Shown in pieces: positions 19,425 to 28,429 of a DNA stretch of 47,969 nt. The notes beneath the pieces were generated by a model. It did not search any database and was not told where the DNA came from. It worked only from the letters and a program-made list of their open reading frames with translations. Source of the DNA: Candidatus Bathyarchaeum sp. (GTDB taxonomy: Archaea > Thermoproteota > Bathyarchaeia > Bathyarchaeales > Bathyarchaeaceae); the NCBI GenBank assembly GCA_026014495.1, contig JAOZIF010000021.1, positions 33,249 to 81,217 of the forward strand, in the 5' to 3' direction. Each line of letters begins with the position of its first letter. Within the stretch, counting starts at the first letter, position 1. The translations under genes and the position numbers were made by a program.

Positions 19425-19637
19425 CTAATATATTATTTGCATCACTTCTCGTGGGCAAGCTTCTACGCATTTCATGCATCTTGTACAAAGAGAGTGATTG
19501 ATAGTTGGAGGCATCCACTCTTTTATTGCACGTTCTGGACAAGCATTTGCACAAAAGTAGCAACCGCCGCACTTTCCGGTTACAGCCACAAAGACGTTTT
19601 TGTCGTACTTGAATTTTTCAACTACGTCTGATTTCAA
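19425..19637 (-). CDS. 2x[4Fe-4S] ferredoxin-like protein
   Basis: CGGCYFCANACP and CTRCMKCVEACP. Confidence 0.85.
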   Translation of the reverse strand: MKSDVVEKFKYDKNVFVAVTGKCGGCYFCANACPERAIKEWMPPTINHSLCTRCMKCVEACPREVMQIIY

Positions 19638-19927
19638 AAATTATTTCTCCCAACAAGAGTGTTCTTAACTGAAAAATTAACTGAGTTAATCTATCAATGG
19701 AAAGGTTGTTTTGAGTTCTTAATCTTTTTGGGAGCATAGCGTTCTGAACGCGAGGTTTTTAGGGTTTAAGGAAATGAGAGGTGGATAAAAATAAGAAAAT
19801 ATGAGATAAGCTACATAAGAAAGGCGCGTTTTTCAAAAAAGAGGGAAACTTTGAAAGGGATTAGTTGATATTTAAGTCAAGAATTAACGAAAAAATTTAA
19901 TTGATTAATTGTCTATTCTATCTATCA

Positions 19928-20881
19928 ATGAAAACAGAAAAAAAGTTACTTATTGTGTCTGTTCTTTGTTTCCTACTCATTTTGCCCGTTTGGATAAAAT
20001 GCACTGAAGATAAGACATCTTTCACTTTCGCGCACATAAGCGATCCCCATATGTTTGCAGCAGGAAGCAGTACAGATGAACAGGGCAACAACTCAACTCA
20101 ACGCCTCAGTTACCTTGTAAATAAACTCAACACACGTAATCTAGACTTCACCATATTAACAGGCGATTTTGCATCAGTCGACGGTAACAACACCGCAGAA
20201 TGGGACAACTTTAACGAAACCATAAGCGAACTTAATACAATTAAATACTTCTGCAAAGGCAATCATGATGGAATTGATAATGATTATTTTTATGAATATA
20301 CAGGACAAAACACAACATACTACTTCGATGTAAACAACATACGCTTTCTCGTAATAGGCAACGAAGAAACTTTCCTCGTCAGCGGAACATGTGGAATAAA
20401 CATAACAAAAGTACAAGCAGAATACATTAAAGACGCAATAGAAGGTCAAGACAACATCTGGCTCGTAGCACACTACCCCGAAAAAGTATCCGCCTCAAGC
20501 TACTGGAACGATGTAACTCTCATCGAAGACCTCAAATCCAAGCTCATAGGCTGGAGCAGCGGGCACGAACACAACGGACGAGCCATAAGCAATTCAAGCG
20601 GATACATTGAAGACCAACCACGCTCCCCAACATTGTATAGCAACGACAACACCTCCATCTTGGTATGGAGCGAAATTAGTGTTACACCGACTTCAATAAA
20701 CGTAACTCAATACGATGCATATACAAACAAAATAATTGACACCGCAGTCTATTCAGTTGACCTTAGCTATCCATCAGCCTTTCCGTGCGTAGAATTGATT
20801 GTTGGTTCGATAATAGCAACGGTTAGTTTACTCCTTATTTTTGCTATAGTATCGCACAGGAATAAATCACATAAAATTTAG
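19928..20881 (+). CDS. Exported metallophosphoesterase (calcineurin-like) with C-terminal TM
   Basis: SDPH, GDF, GNHD and GHEH motifs; N-terminal signal and C-terminal hydrophobic anchor. Start set at ATG 19928. Confidence 0.87.
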   Translation: MKTEKKLLIVSVLCFLLILPVWIKCTEDKTSFTFAHISDPHMFAAGSSTDEQGNNSTQRLSYLVNKLNTRNLDFTILTGDFASVDGNNTAEWDNFNETISELNTIKYFCKGNHDGIDNDYFYEYTGQNTTYYFDVNNIRFLVIGNEETFLVSGTCGINITKVQAEYIKDAIEGQDNIWLVAHYPEKVSASSYWNDVTLIEDLKSKLIGWSSGHEHNGRAISNSSGYIEDQPRSPTLYSNDNTSILVWSEISVTPTSINVTQYDAYTNKIIDTAVYSVDLSYPSAFPCVELIVGSIIATVSLLLIFAIVSHRNKSHKI

Positions 20882-21216
20882 TTGTTAATCCAATCTGCAA
20901 AAAAGTAAACTTTGGAGTTAGAATTAGTTTGAAATATTTCATTAGGTGCTTCAGTTTAGGCTTCATTAACTATGGCTAAATGGTTAGAACCACAAACTCA
21001 ATAATCGCGAAAATATGGCGTTTAGAACAGCTTTTTCAGATATAGGGTTTGGGCTTAAAATCTAACTCCAAATTCACGTGCTAACGCTCAAACTGATTTT
21101 TTTGTAGCTCTTTTTGTTCAACAATTTCCTTAAAAAACTGGGCAAAACTAAATTGTCAACATTGGGTATGGGGTGTAAATGAAAAATTATATCTAGCATA
21201 AAGGGCTAACGTAGTT

Positions 21217-21804
21217 TTGGGGGAGTTGTGTTTGTCTTTTGTGCCTGCTTTTGAGTTAGGTTTATGGAACGCTTGGATTCTTATTGTTCCTATACTAATC
21301 ATTATGTTCTCTGACATGAGAGCAACAAGTATTAGAGAATCAGGAAAGGCAGGAGATTTTCAGTTAACCAAACAGGAGAACAGATTCACCTATTTTGTTT
21401 TCTTGCCTATGTTAGTTTCTTTTGTTTATTCTGTTTTCTTACCGTTACAAGTTGATGCAATATGGCTGTACAGCGGTCTAAGTATCTATGTGCTTGGAAT
21501 AGTTTTTACAATTGTTGCAATTCGGAATTTTTCCACTAGCCCAAAAGACAAAGTCATCACTAGGGGGCTCTATCGTTTTACCCGAAACCCCACATATGTT
21601 GGCATGATTCTAATTCAAACGGGTATCGGAATAGCTTGTGCGTCTTGGCTGTATCTTGTCTTGACCGTAGCTTTGTTGATTTTATTCAACGTTAATTTGT
21701 CAGCTGAAGAACGTTATTGTCTTTACAGGTATGGAGAAAACTATCAAAAATACAAGAATAGCACCCCAAGATGGATAGGAATACCAAAATCGAAAAAAGA
21801 CTAA
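21217..21804 (+). CDS. Isoprenylcysteine carboxyl methyltransferase / PEMT-family membrane methyltransferase
   Basis: ITRGLYRFTRNPTYVG, EERYC and YQKYKNSTPRW; multiple TMs. Confidence 0.85.
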   Translation: MGELCLSFVPAFELGLWNAWILIVPILIIMFSDMRATSIRESGKAGDFQLTKQENRFTYFVFLPMLVSFVYSVFLPLQVDAIWLYSGLSIYVLGIVFTIVAIRNFSTSPKDKVITRGLYRFTRNPTYVGMILIQTGIGIACASWLYLVLTVALLILFNVNLSAEERYCLYRYGENYQKYKNSTPRWIGIPKSKKD

Positions 21805-21822
21805 ATGGCTGGTGGTGTCCAG

Positions 21823-22359
21823 TTACTTATCTTTAATTTTTCGAATAATTCCAAGCAGGAAATTTGCCCTAGGAACTTTTTTCATGTAAGATTTGTAGGC
21901 ATCTCCAAACTTTTCAATAGCGTCTTTATCAGCGGTGAATAAATCAAGGTACGTTAAAGGGAAAATAGGAACACCCAGTAAAACAACAATCCAATGTTGA
22001 AAAAGCAGCATACCTGCTATTGCCCACAGCATGAACGTCACATATTGGGGATGCCTAACAATAGAGTAGATGCCCGTTTCTACAACTTGAGTAGTGTGAA
22101 TGTAGCTTTTTCCACTTTTCACTCTTCCTTTTTTGCGAAATTCAATTACTGGAAGGCACCCAAAAACTATACCAGATAAAACATAAAGTCCCACTCCAAT
22201 ATATGCCAAAAACTCAATTTGAGACACAGTTGATAGTAAATAAATACCGACAACAATCTGTAAGATGAAAAGAATTGTAACAAGCGTTACTGGAACAAAA
22301 CCGAACCGAGAAGAACGATTCTTAGACGTTCTGTTTCCCCCTTGTGGTTTTATGCACAT
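21823..22359 (-). CDS. ICMT/PEMT-family membrane methyltransferase
   Basis: VETGIYSIVRHPQY and FGDAYKSYMKKVPR; multiple TMs. Confidence 0.85.
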   Translation of the reverse strand: MCIKPQGGNRTSKNRSSRFGFVPVTLVTILFILQIVVGIYLLSTVSQIEFLAYIGVGLYVLSGIVFGCLPVIEFRKKGRVKSGKSYIHTTQVVETGIYSIVRHPQYVTFMLWAIAGMLLFQHWIVVLLGVPIFPLTYLDLFTADKDAIEKFGDAYKSYMKKVPRANFLLGIIRKIKDK

Positions 22360-22502
22360 TTACTATTATGGTTTGTGTTTAAAATCTAAACAACTAACAA
22401 ATAATCTGCCCGTTAGTTGGGCTTTTTTGGAGACTAAACTTTGTTGCTAAACCCAAAAAAGGGGGTTTTGTTTGAAGATATCACTCTTCTTCCTGATGAC
22501 TT

Positions 22503-23117
22503 TTAGATCCACTTAGTCACAGGTTCTTTTTTGATTGGCCCAATTTTTTCAAGTGCATTAGCTACTTCAGTGCTAATGTTAACTTTTGGATACCCCAGCA
22601 AGATAGGTCCGTATATTGCTTCATCCTCTTTTAGTTCAAGGGCTTGTATGACTTCAGCGTTGCCCTTGATCATTGCACCAAATCCTACGTAACAGCTTCC
22701 AAGACCCAAAGATTGTGCGGCAATCATTATGTTCTCGCAGGCAAGCGCACAACTTGTAGCGCCACCAGATGCTGGACCTATAACAAAGAGGATTGCAGGT
22801 GCATTATAGTAAATTACGTCTTTGGGCTCGTCCATTGCATCATAAAGGCACGTAGCCATTTTGTAAAGCTCAGGGGCGGCTTCTTTCATGCCGTCGATGG
22901 CATTTTTCCAAAATGGAAATGCGGTCTGAAACAGTTTTTGCTTGAACTCTGGGTTTTGGACAACAACAAACCGCCACGGCTGAGAGCGCGTCATTGATGT
23001 ATAAGGTGCCTGATTGCCAGCTTCTATGATTGTGTTAATGATATCTTTTGGAATTGGTTTTTGCTCATATGCCCTGACAGACCGTCTGTTGTTTATAGCT
23101 TCAATAACTGGGTTCAT
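22503..23117 (-). CDS. Nitroreductase-family protein
   Basis: INNRRSVRAYEQKPIP, QPWRFVVV and ENIMIAAQSLGLGSCYVG. Confidence 0.92.
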   Translation of the reverse strand: MNPVIEAINNRRSVRAYEQKPIPKDIINTIIEAGNQAPYTSMTRSQPWRFVVVQNPEFKQKLFQTAFPFWKNAIDGMKEAAPELYKMATCLYDAMDEPKDVIYYNAPAILFVIGPASGGATSCALACENIMIAAQSLGLGSCYVGFGAMIKGNAEVIQALELKEDEAIYGPILLGYPKVNISTEVANALEKIGPIKKEPVTKWI

Positions 23118-23329
23118 ATTTACTTCACTGTCACAGACTATAATCTAACAGACATAAAAAACTTAAGCGAATGAAAAATATGAACCCGTGACCATTAGAA
23201 TTAATTATTTTTATGAATAAAATCGCTATTGCATGCACAAACATTTGTTCTTGGCCGCGTAACTGACAAGTTTTATATGTTGGTAAACGCAAAGGTCAAG
23301 AAATCAATTATTTTTAAAGGTAGTTAACA

Positions 23330-24016
23330 ATGGATTCAAACAGAAAAACTGCAATAATTGTGGGCGTATTATTTCTAATTGCAACAGTTGTTCTGGTGAT
23401 TGGCGGCGTCTTTTCACTGTGTATATACGAGTCAAATTATCTTACTGCAGTTTCTGCAAACGAAAATCAAGTGATACTTGGAGCGCTTTGTGAATTAATC
23501 TCAACATCTGCAATCGTTGGTATCCCAATCGCGATGTTTCCAATATTAAAAAAGTATAACGAAGGATTAGCTCTTGGATATGTTGGCACCCGAATATTTG
23601 AGGGCTTAACCATTTTCCTGAATACTTTCGCCTTGTTGGCAATATTGTCCTTAAGTAAAGAATTCGTAAGCGTCACATCTCCAGACGTTTCCTATTTTCA
23701 AACTTCAGGCGCTTTACTACTAGCAGCACGAGATTGGGGCAGTATTCTGGTTGACTTTTCTTTTCCGATTGGTGCTGTGATATTCAATTACTTGCTGTAT
23801 AAAACAAAACTCACTCCTCGATGGTTAGCAGTTCTAGGTATTATTGGCGGCGCATTATGGTTGACAACAGCTCCTGTGCGCATGTTTGGCTTCAGTCCAG
23901 AATGGATAGACTTTTTGGCTGCTCCAATAGGATTGCAAGAAATGATTTTGGCAGCATGGCTTATAATTAAAGGATTTAACGCATCTGCAGTTGATTGCTT
24001 GTCTAATAAAACATGA
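23330..24016 (+). CDS. DUF4386-like membrane protein
   Basis: RKTAIIVGVLFLIAT, PILKKYNEGLALGYVG.R..E, LLYKTKL.PRWL..LG and EMILAAWLIIKGF. Confidence 0.8.
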   Translation: MDSNRKTAIIVGVLFLIATVVLVIGGVFSLCIYESNYLTAVSANENQVILGALCELISTSAIVGIPIAMFPILKKYNEGLALGYVGTRIFEGLTIFLNTFALLAILSLSKEFVSVTSPDVSYFQTSGALLLAARDWGSILVDFSFPIGAVIFNYLLYKTKLTPRWLAVLGIIGGALWLTTAPVRMFGFSPEWIDFLAAPIGLQEMILAAWLIIKGFNASAVDCLSNKT

Positions 24017-24054
24017 GAACAAAAAAAGGAAACAATATAAAAAGGTGACAGAAT

Positions 24055-24429
24055 GTGGAACTCACATGGAATGGTAAAGCATTAGTTGTTACACTGCTTT
24101 TTCGTTTGCTCTTTGGCGGCTATGTAGTAGGAATGGACCAATACAACTTCAATGACCTTGAAAGCGCACTAACAGTTGTAGTGATATATGCACTAATAGC
24201 AATATTCGCCACACTGTTCTTGTTCGGTAAAAGAATTGGACTCATAGGCGTGATTGGCCTTGAGGGAATTCTCATCATATTAAATTCGGTGTTTCTTATC
24301 TTAACTTTAGGTCAAATCACAGACGCAGGTATGCATGACCCGCTGGACAACTGGTGGGCCACCTTTCTACGGTATGGGTTCTCAATATTAACACTTGTAT
24401 TCTCCATCAGAGCATACAAAGAAACATAA
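24055..24429 (+). CDS. Membrane protein (about 4 TM), function unknown
   Basis: Hydrophobic segments; co-directional with its neighbours. Confidence 0.7.
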   Translation: MELTWNGKALVVTLLFRLLFGGYVVGMDQYNFNDLESALTVVVIYALIAIFATLFLFGKRIGLIGVIGLEGILIILNSVFLILTLGQITDAGMHDPLDNWWATFLRYGFSILTLVFSIRAYKET

Positions 24430-24462
24430 TGCGATAATCTTGAACCGGAAGATTCCAAAATA

Positions 24463-25455
24463 ATGAAAATGAAAGCAATTGTATACGAAAAATATGGGCC
24501 ACCGGACGTTCTTGTGCTCAAAGAGGTAGAAAAACCAACTCCAAATGACAACGCAGTATTGGTGAAAGTGTGTGCAGCATCCGTAAATGTAGAAGACTTG
24601 GATTACCTAAGAGGTAATTCATGGGCGGTCCGCATGCTGGGGCCATTAAAACCAAAATATTCGACACTTGGATTTGACGTAGCAGGGTGTGTTGAAGCGG
24701 TTGGCAGAAACGTAAAGGCGTTTCAGCCCGGAGACAACGTAATGGGTGACTTGTTCAATTATGGTTTTGGCGCTTTTGCTGAATACGTGTGTGCTCCTGA
24801 AGAAGCGTTAGTGCTAAAACCAGCCAGCATTACATTTGCGCAAGCATCAACCGTACCTTCAAGGGCAATTCTCGCTTTGCAGGGGCTTTGCGGTAAAAGA
24901 CAGCTTCAGCCAGGACAGAAGGTTTTGATTAATGGTGCGGGTGGTGGTGTAGGTCCGTTTGCTGTGCAGATTGCCAAGTATTTTAGGGCTGAAGTTACTG
25001 CCGTAGACAGCACAACGAAATTGGGTATGCTGCGTTCGATTGGTGCAGACCATGTTATTGATTATACTCAAGAAGACTTCACTAAAAATGGTCGCCGTTA
25101 TGATTTGATTCTTGATGTTTCAGCACGTCATTCGATTTTTGATTATAAACGTTCATTGTGTCCTAAAGGACTTTATGTTATGGTTGGAGGTTCAAGGGCT
25201 ACAATTTTCCAAGTTTTGTTTTTAGGTCCATTGATTTCAATGCTTGGAGATAAGAAAATGGGGCTTATTGCGTGGAAACCAAACAAAAAAGAGGATTTGG
25301 AGGTTATAACAGAGCTTATTGAATCCGGAAAAATAGTACCTGTTATAGATAGATGCTACCCATTAAATGCGGTTGCTAAAGCTCTCAGATACTTTGAAGA
25401 AGGAGCCCCGAAAGGAAAAACAGTCATAACTGTGGACCCTGATAACAAAATCTAA
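24463..25455 (+). CDS. MDR-family NAD(P)-dependent oxidoreductase (quinone-reductase-like)
   Basis: MKAIVYEKYGPPDVL, GFDVAGCVEAVG, VLINGAGGGVG, LRSIGADHVIDY and GKIVPVIDRCYPL. The structural-Zn Cys cluster is absent. Confidence 0.9.
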   Translation: MKMKAIVYEKYGPPDVLVLKEVEKPTPNDNAVLVKVCAASVNVEDLDYLRGNSWAVRMLGPLKPKYSTLGFDVAGCVEAVGRNVKAFQPGDNVMGDLFNYGFGAFAEYVCAPEEALVLKPASITFAQASTVPSRAILALQGLCGKRQLQPGQKVLINGAGGGVGPFAVQIAKYFRAEVTAVDSTTKLGMLRSIGADHVIDYTQEDFTKNGRRYDLILDVSARHSIFDYKRSLCPKGLYVMVGGSRATIFQVLFLGPLISMLGDKKMGLIAWKPNKKEDLEVITELIESGKIVPVIDRCYPLNAVAKALRYFEEGAPKGKTVITVDPDNKI

Positions 25456-25737
25456 CACACTTATTGTTTTAGGTAATATTGTGTTTCATCCTCAATGATG
25501 GAACAATGAAAGCAGTTAATTAACTGAGTATTGCCGCCTTTTGCTCAGTACGGCAAGCTAGCTAAATGGAACATGAATGTATATTGTGGCGCCTAGAAAT
25601 TAACACTGATAATTACATTAGTTGTGATGTGCTTTTTCATGCACTAAGCATGAGGCGTATAGAATTGGGGGATTTTTCAGTCAAACTTGAGCGATTTTTG
25701 TAAGAACAGGCGTTTATTCTTGTCTAGAATGCAAGAG

Positions 25738-25761
25738 CGAAATGTTTTTATAAACATATCG
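25738..25761 (+). promoter_or_regulatory. Palindromic operator over the TATA box, copy 1
   Basis: CGAAATGTTTTTATAAACATATCG; 10 of 12 positions self-complementary; identical to 26682-26705. Confidence 0.75.
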
Positions 25762-25840
25762 TGAACACGTGATAGTCAGGAGGCAATGTTCATCGTTTGG
25801 GCTGATGTTCCACAAGAACATATTTTCCGGAGTTGGTTAG

Positions 25841-26380
25841 ATGAAAAAAATGATTATATTCTCAATAGTAATTATTGTAACGATTTTAAGCATGGTTACA
25901 TCCAATGTTACATCAGACCAAAATGGGTTTGCAATTGGACCTGCTCAACTTGATGTTACAGTTCCAGCGAATGGAAGCGTCACAACTTATGTCTACATTA
26001 CATCATACATTGACGGAGAACTTGTCGTCGGCACAGAAAACTTGGCGTTCAGCATCGAACCAAATACAATTCAAATCACACCAACAGACCTAAACCGAAA
26101 AGTTGAGATTACAGTGCACGGTAACGCTTCCTTGGCTGCAGCACAATATTCAGGCAAACTGACGTTCCTTCTTCACGCTGGAAACAATGTTGCTTATGGC
26201 GTGAAAACCGGAATCAACATCAACCAAGAAGGCGGATCAAAAAACGAGTCTGATTGGATTTTCACAGATATTATAGAGCCGATACAGCAGAATTTATTTG
26301 TGATTCTCGTAGTTGCTGGAATAGTTATCGCTCTAACCATGGGCATATTCATAGGCAAGCGAACAAAGAAAACCACCTGA
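25841..26380 (+). CDS. Exported single beta-sandwich protein with C-terminal TM anchor
   Basis: Signal peptide, FAIGPAQLDVTV...YSGKLTFL beta-rich domain and a C-terminal TM followed by KRTKKTT. Confidence 0.8.
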   Translation: MKKMIIFSIVIIVTILSMVTSNVTSDQNGFAIGPAQLDVTVPANGSVTTYVYITSYIDGELVVGTENLAFSIEPNTIQITPTDLNRKVEITVHGNASLAAAQYSGKLTFLLHAGNNVAYGVKTGININQEGGSKNESDWIFTDIIEPIQQNLFVILVVAGIVIALTMGIFIGKRTKKTT

Positions 26381-26681
26381 GTTTATTTTGATTTAATCAA
26401 AAACCGTTTGTTCTACTGTGCGAGTAATTTGTAGGGCTCATTAAGGGTTACCGAGTCTCTCTCTATAATGATGCTTGTGATGGGTTCTGCTGAAAAGGGT
26501 AAATTTGACAGTTGAGACAATTGTTTCTGTAAAGTAACAGACGTCGAAGAGCTTTGTGAACTTGGTGATACACGATCTGGTCATTTGAGTAATCATATTT
26601 ACTTCATTGGGGCTATAATACATCAAATTGTTGATTATTTAGTGTATGGGCAATAAAAACAGACATTTTGTCCATAAAAAC

Positions 26682-26705
26682 CGAAATGTTTTTATAAACA
26701 TATCG
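26682..26705 (+). promoter_or_regulatory. Palindromic operator over the TATA box, copy 2
   Basis: Identical 24-mer to 25738-25761. Confidence 0.75.
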
Positions 26706-26823
26706 CTCATCACGAATACGTGAGAGAAAGGAGTAGATAATGTGATGTTTGTGAAAACAAATTGTCTCATAAATAACAGTGTGAAACAAAAACAAGTGAC
26801 TATCACAAGAGGGGGGACGTGAC

Positions 26824-28362
26824 ATGAAGACAAAAACAATGACATCAATACTAATGTGTATACTGCTGATTTCTATGGTTTCATTAGCTATAGTTCCAGT
26901 AATGGCATCTGACGTCACAACGGAGATTACTGTTACAAAGCTAGCCAACGACGGCACTACAATCATCGAGCAGGTTACGATAACTGTGGAGGAAATGATG
27001 GCAGGCACTTCAGAACTACCAATATATGGCGATGGAGTGACGCATTACTACCACCAAGGACCCACATTTGACGAAGAAAACATGTGGGACCCTGATGAAC
27101 TCGTAAACGTTGATAGCCGGGATTATGGTGCATGTCAAGGAACAGCTGTCGTAGACCTGTGTGAACAGCTCTCTACTGGCGGAGCTGCAGTTGGAGACGA
27201 AATCGTTATCAAAGCAATTGATGGCTTCAAAAAAACGTTTGATTATAACGATGTCTACGAGCCCGAGCCGGAACTGGGTACAATGGTCATAACGTGGTCC
27301 ACCGTGGACAATGCAGACGGCACAACAGGCGACGTAACTGATGGCAGTTACGATACTGGTATGCGTTTGGTCTTCTTCGCTGATACAACAAACTCAGAAG
27401 GAAAATACGTATATGGCAACTGGGATATGCATGAGACTTTGGCTGAAGATCGAATTCACTACTACTATGGTAGCGGTATTTTGTGGCCATCTTCAAGTGG
27501 TCTTTCTGTGAAGTGGGTAAACGAAATTATAATCTACAGTTCAGAGGATGCACCAGAGGAATCTTCATGGCCCATAACTCTAACTGGCGCTAGTGCATAC
27601 ACAATGGAGCAAACAGAGTTTGAAGAAGGAGCTGAATGTCACAGTGCAACTTGGACTGATGACACTGATGTCTGGAGCGGTATTCCTTTGTGGCGCCTGG
27701 TGGGCTACGTTGATGACGAAATACAGCATGGAGAAGACGCCTTTAACGATGAACTGGCAGCGCTCGGATACGAGGTAAAGATTGTCGCTTTTGACGGGTA
27801 TTCCACAACCTTTGCAAGTGCCGATATCGCCCGTAACGACGACATAATTGTCTCCAATGAACTAAACGATGCAGAACTATCAGGTGACTATTATCCACTA
27901 CGATTGGTTGGACCTGATCTTACTGGCAGTCAGAAAGTGGGGATGATCAAAGAGATTCAGTTGATCGGTCTACCAGAAGTCAATAATCAGGCCTCATTAA
28001 ATGCAACAGTTAACATATTCATCGCGTCTGTAGGTATCGATATTGATCGGGATAACATTGACTATGGTGATGTTGCTGCAGGCAGAAATTCCACGATAGA
28101 AACAGTAGGAATTACCAATACAGGTAACATTGATTGTGATGTAACCCTACAAGTTGACGGTGCTGATGCAGTTGCCCAAGACTTCTATGAACAGTCTCTA
28201 TACATAGATGATGGCATCTATAACATTGATACAGTGATTGCAAGTATCGCGGTTGAAGACACAGATTATGTTGACACTCAGCTTCAAGTGCCAGCGACAT
28301 GGATCGAAGAAATTGGAACCCAAGAAGCGACATTCATCTTCTGGGCCGAAGCTTCCGACTAG
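26824..28362 (+). CDS. Secreted protein: two divergent Cys-less sulfite-oxidase-like (Oxidored_molyb-like) domains plus a shared C-terminal beta domain
   Basis: GTAVVDLC..IKAIDGFKKTF..GMRLVF..SVKWVNEI and VWSGIPLW..VAFDGYSTTF..YPLRLVG align by eye with 42927-44801. Signal peptide present; no TM anchor. Confidence 0.7.
   Translation: MKTKTMTSILMCILLISMVSLAIVPVMASDVTTEITVTKLANDGTTIIEQVTITVEEMMAGTSELPIYGDGVTHYYHQGPTFDEENMWDPDELVNVDSRDYGACQGTAVVDLCEQLSTGGAAVGDEIVIKAIDGFKKTFDYNDVYEPEPELGTMVITWSTVDNADGTTGDVTDGSYDTGMRLVFFADTTNSEGKYVYGNWDMHETLAEDRIHYYYGSGILWPSSSGLSVKWVNEIIIYSSEDAPEESSWPITLTGASAYTMEQTEFEEGAECHSATWTDDTDVWSGIPLWRLVGYVDDEIQHGEDAFNDELAALGYEVKIVAFDGYSTTFASADIARNDDIIVSNELNDAELSGDYYPLRLVGPDLTGSQKVGMIKEIQLIGLPEVNNQASLNATVNIFIASVGIDIDRDNIDYGDVAAGRNSTIETVGITNTGNIDCDVTLQVDGADAVAQDFYEQSLYIDDGIYNIDTVIASIAVEDTDYVDTQLQVPATWIEEIGTQEATFIFWAEASD
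28033..28356 (+). repeat. Duplicated C-terminal domain, copy A
   Basis: 108 aa; 90/108 identical (manual count) to 29648-29971. Confidence 0.9.
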
Positions 28363-28429
28363 ATATCCAAGCAAAAGGTGAATCAGAGTTATATCACCTC
28401 TAATCTCCCTCTTTTTATGTTCCTCATTT

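Noticed and set aside
22396-22427. Hairpin GCCC-N7-GGGC followed by a T run as a terminator
   Set aside because: The T run is on the plus strand while both flanking genes are on the minus strand, and the stem is only 4 bp.
26441-26626. 61-aa minus-strand ORF between the two operators
   Set aside because: No motif or SD signal, and the other frames show no recognisable pseudogene.
25455-26824. Moco/tungsten-cofactor or cobalamin riboswitch in the leaders
   Set aside because: No consensus elements recognised, and the space between operator/TATA and start codons is short. An Rfam scan would be needed to exclude one formally.
27620-27645. Cys in GAECHSATW as the SUOX catalytic Cys
   Set aside because: It precedes the strand instead of following it and aligns with Asn/Ser in the paralogous type-B domains.
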